Assembly: GCF_009914755.1 (NCBI RefSeq)
Contig: NC_060929.1
Strand: one strand, 5' to 3'
From: the human T2T-CHM13v2.0 reference genome, Homo sapiens
Length of the DNA: 64,000 bases
In this document: positions 30,325 to 45,371 of the stretch, one piece after another
Layout of the letters: each line of letters opens with the position of its first letter
Numbering within the stretch: position 1 is the stretch's first letter
Program-made: the position numbers and the translations under genes
The notes under the pieces: model-generated
Told to the model about the DNA's origin: nothing
Seen by the model: only the letters and a program-made list of their open reading frames with translations
Databases searched by the model: none

Positions 30325-30530
30325 TGCCAGGCAGAGTATAAAGAGAACCAGCCTGGGCTGTCTAGACTTGGATCTGCCACTTACTAAATGTAAAACTATC
30401 CCACAGCCGTGGTTTGCATATCCACTAATGGGAATGATAATATCTACTATACACAGGGTTTATAGTGATAATCGAATTAGATAATATATGTTCGAGACTA
30501 TATAGAACCTCAAAAATGTTAGCTGAATTA
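30325..30530 (+). mobile_element. MIR
   Basis: TCTGCCACTTACTAAATGT...AATGGGAATGATAATATCTAC...CTCAAAAATGTTAGCT. Confidence 0.75.
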
Positions 30531-30644
30531 AATTTTGATGGTTTTGTTTTCTGAATTTTACTTTAGAAATTGTTCCTAACAGATTACAAACTTTTGAAAA
30601 AACAATCAAAATTAAACCTCAATAGTCTTACATTGTGATCAAAT

Positions 30645-30865
30645 AATGGAATTAACATTTATTGACTGTAAACTATGAACCAGATAGTATGCTGGGTGCT
30701 TTAAATACATTGTCTCATGGAACCCATAAAGAATTACTGAGTTAGTATTATCTATCTTTTACACATTAAAATCCAAGGCTAGAAAAGTTTAGGTAATTTA
30801 CCAAAGTCACACAGTAAGCGTTGGATAACCAAGGTCCATCTTACTCCAAAGCCCTTACATGTGTG
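30645..30865 (-). mobile_element. MIR
   Basis: TAACATTTATTGA...GGTAATTTACCAAAGTCACACAG. Confidence 0.8.
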
Positions 30866-30872
30866 ATTACTG

Positions 30873-31046
30873 TAGTGTTTCTCAAACTAACATGATTATA
30901 CGAATCGCAGGCTAGTAGTTAAAAGCGTAAGCTCTCCTATTTATTTCCAAGCTTACTGAACCAGAATCTAAAGGGATACATAGCCTTGAAATGTGCCACA
31001 TTTTACCACAGCCCCATGTAATTCACAACAGCGGCAAGGAAACTGC
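30873..31046. mobile_element. MER5B-like hAT fossil
   Basis: AGTGTTTCTCAAACT...CTTACTGAACCAGAATCT...GGAAACTG. Confidence 0.5.
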
Positions 31047-31087
31047 TTAAGAAAGCTGATAAGAATCAAAGTAAGTAGAAAAAGAAT

Positions 31088-31228
31088 TACTTTGCGTTTT
31101 ATTCAATAGAAGAAAGGAAAGAAAGGGGGAACTAGGAAGAAAAGGAGGGAAGGGGAGGGAGGAAAGAAGGAACAAAGGAAAGAGGGAAGGAGAGAGGAAA
31201 AGAAAGAAAGGAGGGAGGGAAGGAGACA
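31088..31228. repeat. Polypurine (GGAA/GGGA) low-complexity tract
   Basis: Directly visible. Confidence 0.9.
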
Positions 31229-31299
31229 GGCAGAAAATGTCCTGGAGCTAAGGCCTATGGCATTTGAAGGATGATGTGAATGCACTTACTAGATGGATG

Positions 31300-31560
31300 C
31301 TTTCTTTCTAACTGCACCCAGCCTGTTTACTGCAAACATAAGGAATCAGCCAACAGGAAGCTCAGCTTGCCACTGCAGAGGAGTAAAGCACTTTGAACTA
31401 CAGGCATTTTGTACACCCAAATTACATACTGTGATACACATAGTATTTGAGCTGTTCCGCAAGACAGAAGCCAATTATTCTTGGCACGTACTTCTGTCGT
31501 GCTATCCAAATCACCATCCCTCACATGTGGAACTGTGCCACATCAAACGCACCAAGTCAC
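31300..31560. promoter_or_regulatory. Candidate enhancer (FOX, ETS, NFI, HRE, E-box)
   Basis: TGTTTAC and GCAAACA back to back, ACAGGAAG, TTGGCACGTA, CACATGTG, TGCCA in unique sequence. Confidence 0.3.
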
Positions 31561-32536
31561 AAATTCCTTAAACTCTTTGAGATGAAAGTCAAATTTTGGA
31601 GAAAAAGGATAGTCTGGTATATACACCATATAGCCAAAAAGATGTGTGCTTAACTTAGAACTGCTGGGTCTATTATGAGAAACCGGGGCAGCAAAATTCT
31701 GCCTTAGGAACTTTTCAGAGTTTTGTAAACTGAATTTTTCCAATGTAATTCAGTATTATCATTGCCTTTTCTAATCTTAGTTATTTCATTTATAGTATTC
31801 ATCTTAAAATAATTTTCCAGCCTCTCCCTTTAAATGTTTTTAAGCACAGTGGAAAAACATAGACACTAAAACAAGGAGTAGAGGTTGTAGGTACCATCAA
31901 ATTCTATTGAGAATCACAGAAACTATGCATAAGTCCTGAATGGTAGCATTATTTGATAATCAGATCAGTTAGTTAACCCACTCCCCTTACCCCTTACAAA
32001 TCCTGAGGTTAAAGGATTTAATCAAAACTGTCAGATGATATGAAAATAGAAATCAAATGATAATTGTTAATAGTATTATAAAGAATTTAAAACATAAATC
32101 CTGCAAGATTAAAAAGCAGAAAGTGGGGTATTAGATGCACCAGCTTTGTGCTTCTTAAGCTTTAAATATGCTGTGGAAACTCCTAGAAATCTTGTTAAAT
32201 TGCAGATTCTGATTTAGTTCCAAGATTCTGATTTCTAACAAGCACCGATGTGACTGGCCCAGGGGTCAGACTCAGTAGCGAGTGGGTCAATTTAAGAAGG
32301 CTTGCATTGGTGAAGTTCTAGAGATGTGATAGAGAATCTCCCCATAGGAGGGAGTGTGACCTAACACTAGTAATACCTAGAAATAAAATGTAAAGATGAA
32401 AGACAGATGGAAGTGTTCGTGTAAGTGTCCAGTTGCTCCAGAAGAAATTGGTTACCTATGAAATAGAAATATAATCTTAGTTTTAATGTGAGAAGAATTC
32501 TAAGAAAGTAAACAGATTTACAACTAATATATAATT

Positions 32537-32715
32537 GGGTTTCTCAAACTTAAGACTCTGATGAGGATACTGGATCATCCACCCAGAAAAATACAGATAA
32601 TGTACATGCACATACTGCACACACAATTCTTTACACAGTTTCAGGAAGTTCACTGAGCTTCCTTTGGAAAGGTGTGAACTACCTAAGGGCTCATATCACA
32701 ATTTAAGACTACCAA
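32537..32715. mobile_element. Charlie4z-like hAT fossil
   Basis: GGGTTTCTCAAAC...TCTGATGA...CCCAGAAAAATACA...TTTCAGGAAGTTCA. Confidence 0.55.
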
Positions 32716-32938
32716 TGCACATGTGTAGCTGGTATAGAGGAACAACTTGTAGTTTTAAGACTAATTGATAGAGAGGGCAGATTAGAATCTGCTTATGTGT
32801 TTGACTGATGATGTTATTGCACAAAGGCTTATGATTTCTCAGTCACTTCTGTAAAATATAAACTGGTTGAAATGTATATTTTTCCAAGGTAAGACATTAA
32901 GTATCTTCATATTAGGTAGGAAAAAAACCACCATGTTA

Positions 32939-33260
<322 letters not shown>

Positions 33261-33656
33261 TTAAATATATACTACTTTGGAAAAAACACAAGACAAAAAT
33301 CCAGGTTTGAAAATGACTGCACAGTACAGGGGTTTCTGAAGATGTAAAGGGCAATTGTTGTTTTATGCTGGTAGCATACATCAGCTTTTTTTCTCCAATA
33401 GTTTTGAATATCCCACCACCTGCCTTTTTAAACTAGTGAGAAATTATAATTATTTAGAGCTGTCATTTAAAAGTCATAGAAAACCAGTTAATGTTTTTTG
33501 AAAAAAACAGTTATTGATCACCCAATCTTAGATAAGCAACTTAAAATCTAAAAGCAAGCTACATCTGTGTGTGTGTGTGCTTGTGTGTGTGTGTAAAGTT
33601 ATATGTCAAGACATAATATGAAATATAGACATAATGCTATGAGAGTGCTGAGGGCA

Positions 33657-33965
33657 TTTTTCTTTTTCTTTTTTCTTTTTTTTGTTTGAGCTGGAGTCTT
33701 GCTCTGTCATCCAGGCTGGAGTGCAGTGGCACGATCTTGGCTCGCAACATCCGCCTCCCAGGTGCAAGTGATTCTCCTGCCTCAGCCTGCCAAGTAACTA
33801 AGATTACAGGCATTCACCACCATGTCTGGCTAATTTTTGCATTTTTAGTAGAGACGGGGTTTCATCATGTTGGCCAGGCTGGTCTCGAACTCCCAACCTT
33901 CAGTGATCTGCCTGTCTCAGCCTCCCAAAGTGCTGGGATTACAGGCATGAGCCACTGCACCTGGC
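33657..33965 (-). mobile_element. AluSx-like
   Basis: Full reverse-complement dimer after a poly-T tract. Confidence 0.96.
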
Positions 33966-34179
33966 AGGAGTGATTATTTCCAGGATGAGATAATAGAGAT
34001 GTATGAAGGAAATCACTGAGTTAGCTCTGAGCTGGATTCAGGATGAGTAGGATTTCAGTAGAAGGAGAAGTAGAGGGGAGGCATTTCATATAAAGGAACT
34101 CCCAAAAGCAAAACATTATAGAGGGTAAGAGTGGAGGGAGGAATATGCTGTTTGGTCTAAGAAGAGAATGATATTTCAT

Positions 34180-34604
34180 CATACTTGTAATATTACTACT
34201 TGTGTAGGCTCTTCTTGACTCGGTTTGCTTTAACCAACAGAACACAAAAAATTGGCCACATGCCAGTTCTGGGCTTAAACATTAAGAAAGCCTGGCTTTT
34301 GTGTTCTTGGCAGCCCTGAGTTGCCAGGGAAGAAATTCTGACTACCTTGCTGGAGAGTTCACATGAGGAATCCACATGGAGAGAGAGAAAAGCCATGAGA
34401 CTACATGAAGAAAGAAAGAAAGCAGGTCATCTCAGCTAAGCCCAGCCTCCAGTCTACTGGAGTGACTGCAGCCATATTGGGGACCATGGGTAAGACCAGC
34501 AGGACTGCCCGGCTGAGCCCAGCACAGACTGCAAAATAGAATGGTTGTGTTTCAAGACATCACTTTCTGGAATAGTTTGTTTGCAGCAATAGAAAACTGA
34601 AACT
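34180..34604 (+). mobile_element. MLT1H-like MaLR LTR
   Basis: CTGACTACCTTGCTGGAGAG...GACTGCCCGGCTGAGCCCAGC...TTTGTTTGCAGCAATAGAAAACTGAAAC. Confidence 0.8.
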
Positions 34605-35069
34605 GAGTGTTTATCAACATTTTAAATCACTACTGCCTTTTGATAAATACAAAATGCGTAAACCCAACTGGAGATTCAGATGTAGCACTGTCCTTCTACA
34701 CTCACTAGTCAAGACTTATTTTGAATTTTATTATTTTGTATCCTAATCCTAAATTTTGTTTAGGATACAAAACTCTAGGTTTCTTCTTTTTACAAATAAA
34801 AACTATTATAAAAGTAAATAACCATCAAAAACCATTCCCTGAATCACCTCTTCTATTGCTCCTCCTTAACAGTAGCACTTTAGATGGATTAGTGTACATG
34901 TGTATGTGCACACATGTGTGTATGTGTGTGCATGTGTGCATGGTAATATTTGGTCATAGGGAAGATTAAGAAAAGGATTAGGGCTAAAAGGCTGAACATA
35001 GGGTGATATCTTCGGTTTTAGAGGGAACCTAGGACAGTGTTTCTCAAAATTCTTACCTTAAAAAATATT

Positions 35070-35395
<326 letters not shown>

Positions 35396-35409
35396 AAATT
35401 CATAGGAAC

Positions 35410-35413
<4 letters not shown>

Positions 35414-35459
<46 letters not shown>
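35414..35459. repeat. (TG)23 microsatellite
   Basis: Uninterrupted TG run. Confidence 0.99.
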
Positions 35460-35460
<1 letters not shown>

Positions 35461-36921
35461 TGTAGGCCTGCCTATCCATACTGAAACAGATTTATAAAAG
35501 TTATTCCCTATGCGTGATACATTCTCATCTTTTTCTACTCTATTCCAGTTCTTTTTTTCTTACTGATAGTTGTGACCCACTATATCAGTTTCATAATGCA
35601 CATAGAAGTTGAGGCACTCAGATGAAAAACACTATCTAAAGGGGCATTAATCATTAAAAAAAATTCGTTAAATCCTGTATGTGCCATACATTGTTCTAGT
35701 CCCTTGGATAAACCAGTGATAAAACAAACACAGTTCCTTCTTTCATGGACAAAATAGTCATTAAACAGCAACCACAACAAAACATGCACAAAGTATGATT
35801 TGATTACATTCATAATAAATGCTGAGAAAGAAAAGTATGGGTGCTATAAGAAGCTCTGATAAGGAGACTTCACTGAATCTGGAGCATTTAAGTGGATCTT
35901 TTCATGGATGCCAAGTTAAGGAAAGCCCAAAGTAATAGAGGTCAATCTTTAGAACATTTCTGATCTGCCAAGGGCTAGCAGAGGACAATTGCAGGAGGTC
36001 GCTGAATAAGCCAAGTGGGGTGGAAGCTGGGCTGACACTCCGCCCAATCCTAAAGCTGGCTTTAGGGGCTGGTGCATGCTGTAGCCTATTGGGCCCAGCT
36101 CATATTAATCCTTTCCAACAATTTTTGGCTTGTGGGATCTAGAGAGGAGAGGTCAAGGAGCAAGAGTGAAGTATCCCCCTTAGAGTCCAGAAGTAAGAGA
36201 AGTAAAATTATTTACCATCTTTCAGGGGCAAATTATGAGATCCATCTAGAGTTATGAAAAACTGTGTCCAAGAGACTCCCAGGCTGGACGCTGACAGTAA
36301 TTACTTGAAGGTGTTAACATATTTGGAAAAAGAAAGTTCCCATTAGAATGAGGGTGGTTGGCAAGTAAATCAAAGACAAAGGAGACTTGCCTTGTGCTGC
36401 CCATGGAGAGAGGGAGCGCCTGTATGAGCCTCGAGAGTGTGCCCATCCTCCTGTGATGATCTCCCTACTGCTCACATGCATGTCCTAGGCCCTCAAAACT
36501 ATGACCACTGAGCCTTCTGATCATATGTAAATCTGTCTATTCTAAATCCATGTTATGTACTATTTAGCATTCTAAACCTACCCATAAGAGGGAGAATGCG
36601 TATGTTGGCAAGGCCAAAACACTTTGTAGCTTTTAAGGAATCAGCTGATACTCTGGCTTTAAGGCTCTTGTGAGCTTTTGAGAGTTTGAATCAGCTTACT
36701 CAGAGGCTGTGACAAGATCACCTTTCTGAGACTGCTTGGTTGAGGACAGATTCTGGAATATAGTTAATTCTCCAGGGAAAACACTACTCTGTAAGGACCT
36801 GTCTGGGTAACCAACTGTCTTTCCCTAGGCGATACCCCTAGTAACTCCTAACCTCCAACTACACACCATTTTAAATTTAAAATTTCTACAAGGTAGCAGC
36901 TCCAGCATGTACACAGCACAC

Positions 36922-37450
<529 letters not shown>

Positions 37451-38287
37451 CTCCTGTCAATGCCTCCACACCCAGGAGGATTTGAACTATGTCAAAAAGT
37501 CCATTTGTTCCTAAACTGTGGCTTGCAAAGCTACTTTTCTTTAAAGGGAGGGAGGGAACAAATGACCTCTATCCATATGCTGTGATAATCTATACACTTT
37601 TCTTGGTGTCTCATAGAACTTCAATGTTTTCTCCCTTGGGATATTCAATGCTTCATGCAAACTAGTGAGAAGTGGCTCGTTCTCTACCCCAAATCCCACC
37701 TTTTCTTCTTCTGGCTTTTCTGTGGTCTCACTGGGGATAGTTCCTGCAGATTTTCAACTTGTTTCAATTTGCCTCCTTCCAAGCTATGACTATGCAAGCA
37801 TGATCCTGGAATTGCAGAATGGTCAACAAAATGCTGGCTTATTCTCTGGGGAAATTCTACAGTTTTCTAGGGAGATCATAGAAAGCTATTTAGGATCCCA
37901 CTTTCCAATAGGCTCTTGAGGTTATGATTGTTCCCTGGATGCTTTCTATTGTGCAACTGCCCTAATGTACAACTGGCCATTTATACAAATTCAGTTTATA
38001 ACTAAGACATTGTTTTGAGAAAAAAAAAGCCATACTTTCTTTCTTTTAAAATACTGATAAAGTGTGGGATGTTTGAATGTGTTCTCCACCTGCATTTTTC
38101 TATTCTAAATCCCAAGGGGAATGAGACAGAGACCAAAGCCACAGCTTTCCAAGACCACAAAGCTTGAGGTCTTTGATGTTCCTTATCTTCTGAGTGAAAC
38201 TTTCAATTATTTGGCAAAGAAAACAAGGCTCTTAATGGGAAACCAAAGAAGCCAAATCATCTGTGTAACAGAACTGAGTACATCGAT

Positions 38288-39170
38288 AATTCATTTATTC
38301 AAGAATGTACTGAGCAACCTAGCATGGCTGAGGCACTGTTGTGTATATATATCTGTATCAGTGAACAAAATAGGCGAAGATTGTTCCACATGGTAGTTTC
38401 CAGTCTAGTACAGGAGAGAGATAATAAACAATAGATATAGTAAATTATGTGTTAGAAGGATAGACATGCTATGAAACAAGCACTCATACATACAATAGAG
38501 CAGACATTGGGAATGGTATTAATGTGCGATGCATTTAAAAAATGGGATGGTCATGGATGGCCTAATGGAGATGAAACACAAGCAAAGACTTAAAGCAATG
38601 GAATTGGCCCTAAGATACCGGGGGAAAGAGCACTTCATGCAGCACCAAGGTCTTAAAATGGAAGTGTGACTGATGTGCTTGAAGATCAGCAAGGAGGCTA
38701 ATGGGCTGGAGCTGAGTGAATGAGAGAAAGAAGAGTTAAAAAGAAGACCAGAGATGAAACAGGGGTCAAATTGGGCTACACGTTGTGGGCCACAATAATC
38801 ACTTTTAACTCTGAGGGAAATGGGAGCCATTGCAAGGTTATGAGCAGAGGAATGACATGATTTGCACTGACTGCTGTCTTTTGAATAGACTGTTATGCAG
38901 CAAGAGGAGATGCAGGGTCTCCTATTAGACAGCCACTGCAATCATCCAAGCCAGAGAAGATGGTGGCTTGCAATAGGATGGTAACCATGGAGATGGTGAC
39001 AAGGATGCTGGGCTCTGGGTATATTTTGAGAGCAGAGGCTTCAGGAGTTCTAATGTATTAGATACGAGATGTTCTAAAAAGAGTAGACACAGGGATATTC
39101 TCAAGCTTTGGCCTGAGCAACTGAGATGAAGAATTTATGGTTAGAGCACATTGTGTGGGAGGCAGTTGGG
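38288..39170 (-). mobile_element. L2a
   Basis: TTCATTTATTCAAGAATGTACTGAGCA; TTTTAACTCTGAGGGAAATGGGAGCCATTG...GAGCAGAGGAATGACATGAT. Confidence 0.9.
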
Positions 39171-39181
39171 GAAATCTATAA

Positions 39182-39522
<341 letters not shown>

Positions 39523-40121
39523 TCTACCCTTCCCTTCTTCCCTCCTTGTTCTCTTCCTTCCACCTTCCCTCACTTCCTTCTTTCCTTCCTTGCATGCACA
39601 CCTGCAAATGCCAGACATTATACCCAGTGATACAACAGATACAAGGCATCTTCACTAGCAAGCCAAATATGAATGATAAAATAGGGGTACAGAAGTAGAA
39701 TTGATGGTAGGGGACCTACTATATTCTATTATTCCTTTCTTAAAAATTTAGATTCTGATATGAGATTTGAATAATTCACATTTCTGAACCATAACTCTGA
39801 AAATACATCAACATTTGCACATTGATTCTTCTTCAAAAATCATGTTAAACCTAAACTTAGGATTCCATTATTAAATTGATGGTATGTTTTTTGCCTACTC
39901 TGTTATCAAAAACACATCAACAAATCAAAATAATCACCGACATGAATGAAACATTCATTACTACATCTTAGAAATTGTGTCTTTTTTGTTTCTCTAGACA
40001 CTATCTATCAAAATTTCTGAAAACTTAGCTAACTAACTGCACTATTTATTGGTTTTATTCTAAGAAACATAAAGCGAAGTGGTACACTCTGGTAGAAAGG
40101 ATGCCCTAGGGTACAACAAAA

Positions 40122-40352
40122 GGCAGATAAGCATTGTGTTAGGTGACCAATCTTGGAAACAGACTGCCAAAGGTGGACTCCTGGCTCTGTTTCTTACTAC
40201 TTGTGTGACCCTGGCCTAGTATTTCACTCCTCCGGGCCTCAGTTTCCACAACTATGAAATAAGAACAATAATGTATCCAATCTCACAGATTTGTGGTGAG
40301 GATTATGCAAAGTCCTTAAAGAGTGTGGCACATAGTAAGCTGTCCATAAATG
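40122..40352 (+). mobile_element. MIR
   Basis: CTTACTACTTGTGTGACCCTGG...GGCCTCAGTTTCC. Confidence 0.85.
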
Positions 40353-40814
40353 GCATTACATATTGAGATATTGAGTGTAACTAGGCCACTGTTACTGCTA
40401 CTACCATACACTAGAAAATTCTCTCCTCCCTTTCCAAGAGCTAATTTTTATCACTGATATTATATACCCTTTTGGGGGTCATTTTCAATAGTCATTTCTT
40501 AAGAAAAAAGCAACAAGAGAAATAAAGTTGCAAAGATGATGTAAATGTTTAACATTATTAGTTAAATAACTGCTAGAACATGAGCAACTACAAAAATAAT
40601 TTTGAAGTATACTTTGATGCAGAAAAATTTTTTTTTTGTTAAATGGGAAAAATGTGTTATAGCAGTAAGTCACCAAATATGATCCCTTTAAATATATACA
40701 AGTATACAAACATTTGGAAGGATTTAAAGTATATATTAATGGTGGCAATCCTTACATGGATAAATTTATAGAGTTTTGATGCTTTTATGACGTATTTTTA
40801 TTTTATTTTCTGAA

Positions 40815-41580
40815 CATGATAGCTGGGTAGTGTCACCAACTGAGATATATAAGGAGGCACAAATTTAGAGGAAAAGCTAAATTTGGTTTTGGATATGAAG
40901 AATTTTATAAACCCATGGGATACTCAGTTGGGAATTTCCAATAAATATTGGGGTTCCAAGCTTTGCAGAAGAGGTTAAGATGGATTTCTATATAAATTTA
41001 GGGGCTTTCAGCAAACAGGTGGTAATTAAAATAAGAATGCACAAGTCAGTCTTGGAAGACACACAGAGTGAGGAAAGCAGGAATGGAGAATGGGATCCTG
41101 GGAACCCCAGGTCAAAGGAAGGGTGGGGGGAAAGGAAAAGAAAGAGTGTACGACCTCATGCAAAGATGGAAAGGTTTTTGAGAGGGATACACTGGCAATT
41201 GACTTAGAGAAACTTGATGAGAAATGAACTGAAAAATATCTACTTGGTTTGGCAATTGGGAGAGCAGAGGAACTACAGCAGTAGTTGCAACAGAGTGGTG
41301 GGGCTGCAAGCTAACTTCAAGGGGGTAGAGGAATAAGTGGGGGGAAAAGAAAAAGAAAATGATAAGTGTAAACTTTCTAGAAGTTTGGGTGCGAAAATCA
41401 ATAGAGATATGTGGTAATAACTGATGGAAGATACAGGATCAAAGAGGAAGGGAATTTTTTCCTTAGGAACTTCAACCAGTTTTGAAGGAGATGCAGCCAT
41501 CAAAGAGTAGGTCAAAGAAAGAGGGAGAAGGGGCGATAGATGGAGCAATGTCCAGGAGGAGACATTGAAGGGGATGGGGA
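40815..41580 (-). mobile_element. L2 fragment
   Basis: TTTGGTTTTGGATATG; GTAGTTGCAACAGAGTGGTGGGGCTGCAAGC. Confidence 0.7.
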
Positions 41581-42899
41581 TTAAATTTGGGGGTAGTCTT
41601 ACTTTTAAGTGCACTAAACAGAAATCTTACCATAATATAGAAGAGCAATACAGATTGAGCAAAATATAATTTTGTATTTTTTGATGATTTGGGGTCATCA
41701 GTTTGAACACCAAAAATTATACTCAGTTGTCCAGACAGGATGCGCTCAGTGTTTCCAAAGATGGGTTGAGCTTATTGCCCCTTTCAAAAAGGCCCCAAAT
41801 AGCTATGTCTGTGGTTTTCAAATGATTTTGTAGATTTTCTTTTTCTGTTGTTGTTTTCAGGCCATCAGCTGACATTTGGCTAATATCAGTTGTGACTTTC
41901 CCTGAAATCTCCTACCCAGCCTTTCTTAATTTGCTTCATCCAATTATAGAAGGTTTAGAACCACATGACCAAGCTTGTATGAATCATCACTAAAATATGA
42001 ACATACATTTCTCTGGCTAATGACCTACATTATCTTCAGTGAGTGAACATTGTGAACATCTATTTTGAGTGCTTAGAGACCTCCTTTGCTTCCTTCCTTA
42101 TGCTGATCTATGTTCTAGAAGAAAGGGGACACTATTAGGGTTGCAGGCTAAGTTCTTAATAGTTAGGATGTATATTGTTATTAATAATTGAGGTATAATA
42201 GATATCATGCTTATCAACACATAATGTACATATAGAGAAAAGGTTAATGGACCACTCTGAGCTTACTTATCAAAGTCTACTGCTCTTCCACAAAACCTAC
42301 ATGGTTTGTTGAACAATTTCTTCAGTCTTCTGCAAGCCATAATCTATGATTACATAAATAATTAATAATAGTTTTAAAATAACTTTGCAATGATTTTGGT
42401 TGTTTAGATCCCCAACAATGTAAATCTCACAATCTTCTGGCAGATTTATAATTATTAATGGAAAACACATTTCTTATCTCAGTCGATGAATTAGCGTTTG
42501 CTGTAGTCCTAATAAATATATATAGTAAATATAATATACAGCCAAAAAATGTGTAAACGTACAGGAAATAAAATGGGAATCTTTGTCCAAATTCATTAGC
42601 AACCTGTTTTCAGCATATATAGTACTGAACCACATTATAATGTTTTTTGAGCACATATATTCAAGAAATTAAAATTGTATAAAGCATACAATTCCCCATT
42701 ATATAATCAGAGTAAACAAGAAGGAATGATTTCCAGGAAGCTCATCCCTTGGATTGTTTTCTATGTATATGCTACATGTAATTTATATTGTATGACGATG
42801 ATACAAACGAATTTTTTTTGCCTTCTGACCCTGATTTCCCAAACTTTCACAGCTCAGACCTGCAGAGACAGGTTTTAAAAACAACATTTGGCAAGAACA

Positions 42900-43330
42900 T
42901 GTGCAAACGTGATCAATGAGCATCGAGGTACACGTATATTTTACTACCTTTCCTTTCTTACTCAGAGTGCTTTTAAAAATCAGCATAACTGCAATAAAAA
43001 GAACCCACAACTGCCCTATTATTGAATTACAAAGCAATGTGTGTCGGAAACACCCCTCAGCATTTTAAGAGGGTCAAAAGGAAGATGCTCTGCACGTACT
43101 CCACGGCTGCAGGAATTCTGGTGAAAGGAGATACCAACCCAGAGCTGTTTAAATGATGACGCTGCAGCCAGGCAAGAAGTAGAGAAAGTGACTGGAAAGC
43201 TGGATTGCAGGCAGAACAAGGAATGGTGGGGGTGGTGACAAAGTGGACTGCGAAAGGACAGAAATGACAGCAGGAATGAGAAGGATTTCAGATGTGCTAC
43301 TATGATAGACGTCCCATTCCAAGTCTCCAT
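42900..43330. promoter_or_regulatory. Candidate enhancer, locally CpG-retaining
   Basis: About 9 CpGs in 420 bp; ACGT cores (AACGTG, CACGTA twice, GACGTC) and a TGACG half-CRE. Confidence 0.3.
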
Positions 43331-44115
43331 GTTTCAAGCAAGTTTTTAAAAAGTTTCAAGAAAGATGACTTTCTGCAAGATGAGAGGTTGCTTTAGGCAC
43401 CTAATTTCAAATAACTAACAACAGCTGGTAATTATTCAATACAATCATTAGCAACAATAACAGCAAGACTAAATACCAATAAAAATACTTTATAGTACAC
43501 AGTGGCTCCATGTGCCAGTTCCTTCATCTTAATTTCTCTACGTTTAGCCACTAATTTCTTTGGCTTCACAGTGGCTTTACCCAACATCCCAGGATACAAT
43601 TTCTCACCACAGAAGTTACAAATTTCCAAGATTACTGCTGAATTGAATTACTCTCACTTACATGAGGCAGGTCTCTTATTCTATTCTGGGGTCTCACTGC
43701 TATCAATAATTCAACTTTTTATAAAAACAAAATCTTCCTTAAAAATTGCTTTTGTCAAAACATTGCTATGACCATCTGTTTTTAAAAACCATTAATGGCT
43801 GTCTACTAACTTTAATGTAACAAAATGTATTAGTTTGACAGACCAAGGCTTTCATGGCCTAAATTTTACCTGGACCCTCCACTACAGACGGCCACACTTG
43901 TCACACACATACATGATCCAATATTTGTGCATCACGGTGGGAGTGTTTGTTCCTTTTTATTTACATTTCTTATCTATAAGTCCCAACTCAAGCCTTACTT
44001 CCCCCTGGAGCATTTCCTGGCTAAGCTGGCTCTCAACTCTCTCTTCTTCTTTGTAGTACTTATATGACTTTTTGGTTCTATTATTTGACATTGAGAACTG
44101 CAGAATCGCTGTTGC

Positions 44116-44340
44116 AGGAATATGCTGGAACTGGATCTTGTTAAGTGTTAAAGATTCAAGAATTCTGCAAAAGAACTGTTGAACCAGTGGTAGCTTGGAA
44201 CCAGCCATGGGAGGAGTATTTGCACCATGGCCATAGACAAACACTGCAGATCAGGTTTTTAACTTTTTTTTTTTTTTTGTGAGGGGTGGTGGGATGGTGA
44301 GAAAAGGAGGAAGGAGAACTGGCTTGCTAGCATACCACAC
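44116..44340. mobile_element. MER63-like hAT-Blackjack
   Basis: GGTAGCTTGGAACCAGCCATGGGAGGAGTATTTGCACCATGG...CAAACACTGCAGATCAGG. Confidence 0.75.
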
Positions 44341-45371
44341 AATAGATTGTCAAATTCTTCTTACTACATTTAAAATATTTTGTCAACTCTCTACTATAGC
44401 TTTCCAGTATAAATTCAAATGCTTCCGGGACTAAGTAATTCATGACCTCTCAAGGAGTTAAATTCCAACATGGACATGTATCTATGTACACACATTAAAG
44501 TGTAGGCTCCATAATAGCTAGCTATTTTGTATTCTTCATGGTGCCCGGCACAGTGTGTGGTAAAAAGAGATCCTTCTACCTTTCTAGCCTCAGTTTCCAG
44601 GGCTTACATTGCCCTTTAACTTCTGGCCTTATTGAACCTTGGAATTGTTTCTTGAACGTATCAGGTATGTCTTACCTTGGTAACTTTCCAAAGGCCACTT
44701 ACTTGCCATGGCTGGCCCAGGCTGACTGAATCCCTCCTGCCACTGAGTGACCCTGTGGCTTTAACAGGCCTTTCAACACGTTGTATTTTAATTGTCTATC
44801 AATTCAACCACCTCTCTGCTATACAATAAGCTGCTTAAGTGTTATTTTTTCCACCTGCGTATCTCATGGCTGAGGTCCCCAGCATATAGAAGGTACTCCA
44901 ATAAATATTTATTCATAGTGAATAGAGCAATTCAAACAAATTAATTTATATAAGGTAGGTCTGCTCTAGCACTTTTCCACAATATTGATTACTCAAAAAA
45001 AATAGGCCTCATGGACTTTATGACACTGTTGCAACTACACAGCAACCATCGAACATAAATTTCAAAGAGGAGAGAGTTTATTTACAATTCTATGAGCACT
45101 TTAAGTTTTGCTTTCTTCCCAGGCACTGAGGGAGTATCCCTGAGGTTGTTCTCCTCTCTTTGTGTTTAGATGTCTGTACTTGCTGGTATGCCTCTGTCCT
45201 CTTTCTGCCCTGCTTCCACACCAATGGCAGACGCACCACAATTCAAGTGAAACCTGGTTTATCCCCAAGAAGTCTTCACAGTTGTTCTGTTGGTCTCTGC
45301 TTAATACCACACAAATAAAACTTAGGCCAGAGGACTTGGGAGAGTGAATGAATGAAACAAGGAAGAATGGA

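Noticed and set aside
38519-38941. 140-aa minus-strand ORF
   Set aside because: It lies wholly inside an L2a element
41841-41862. Strong plus-strand acceptor-like sequence (others at 3799, 18699 and 27263)
   Set aside because: No matching donor or frame found; such sites are common in T-rich DNA
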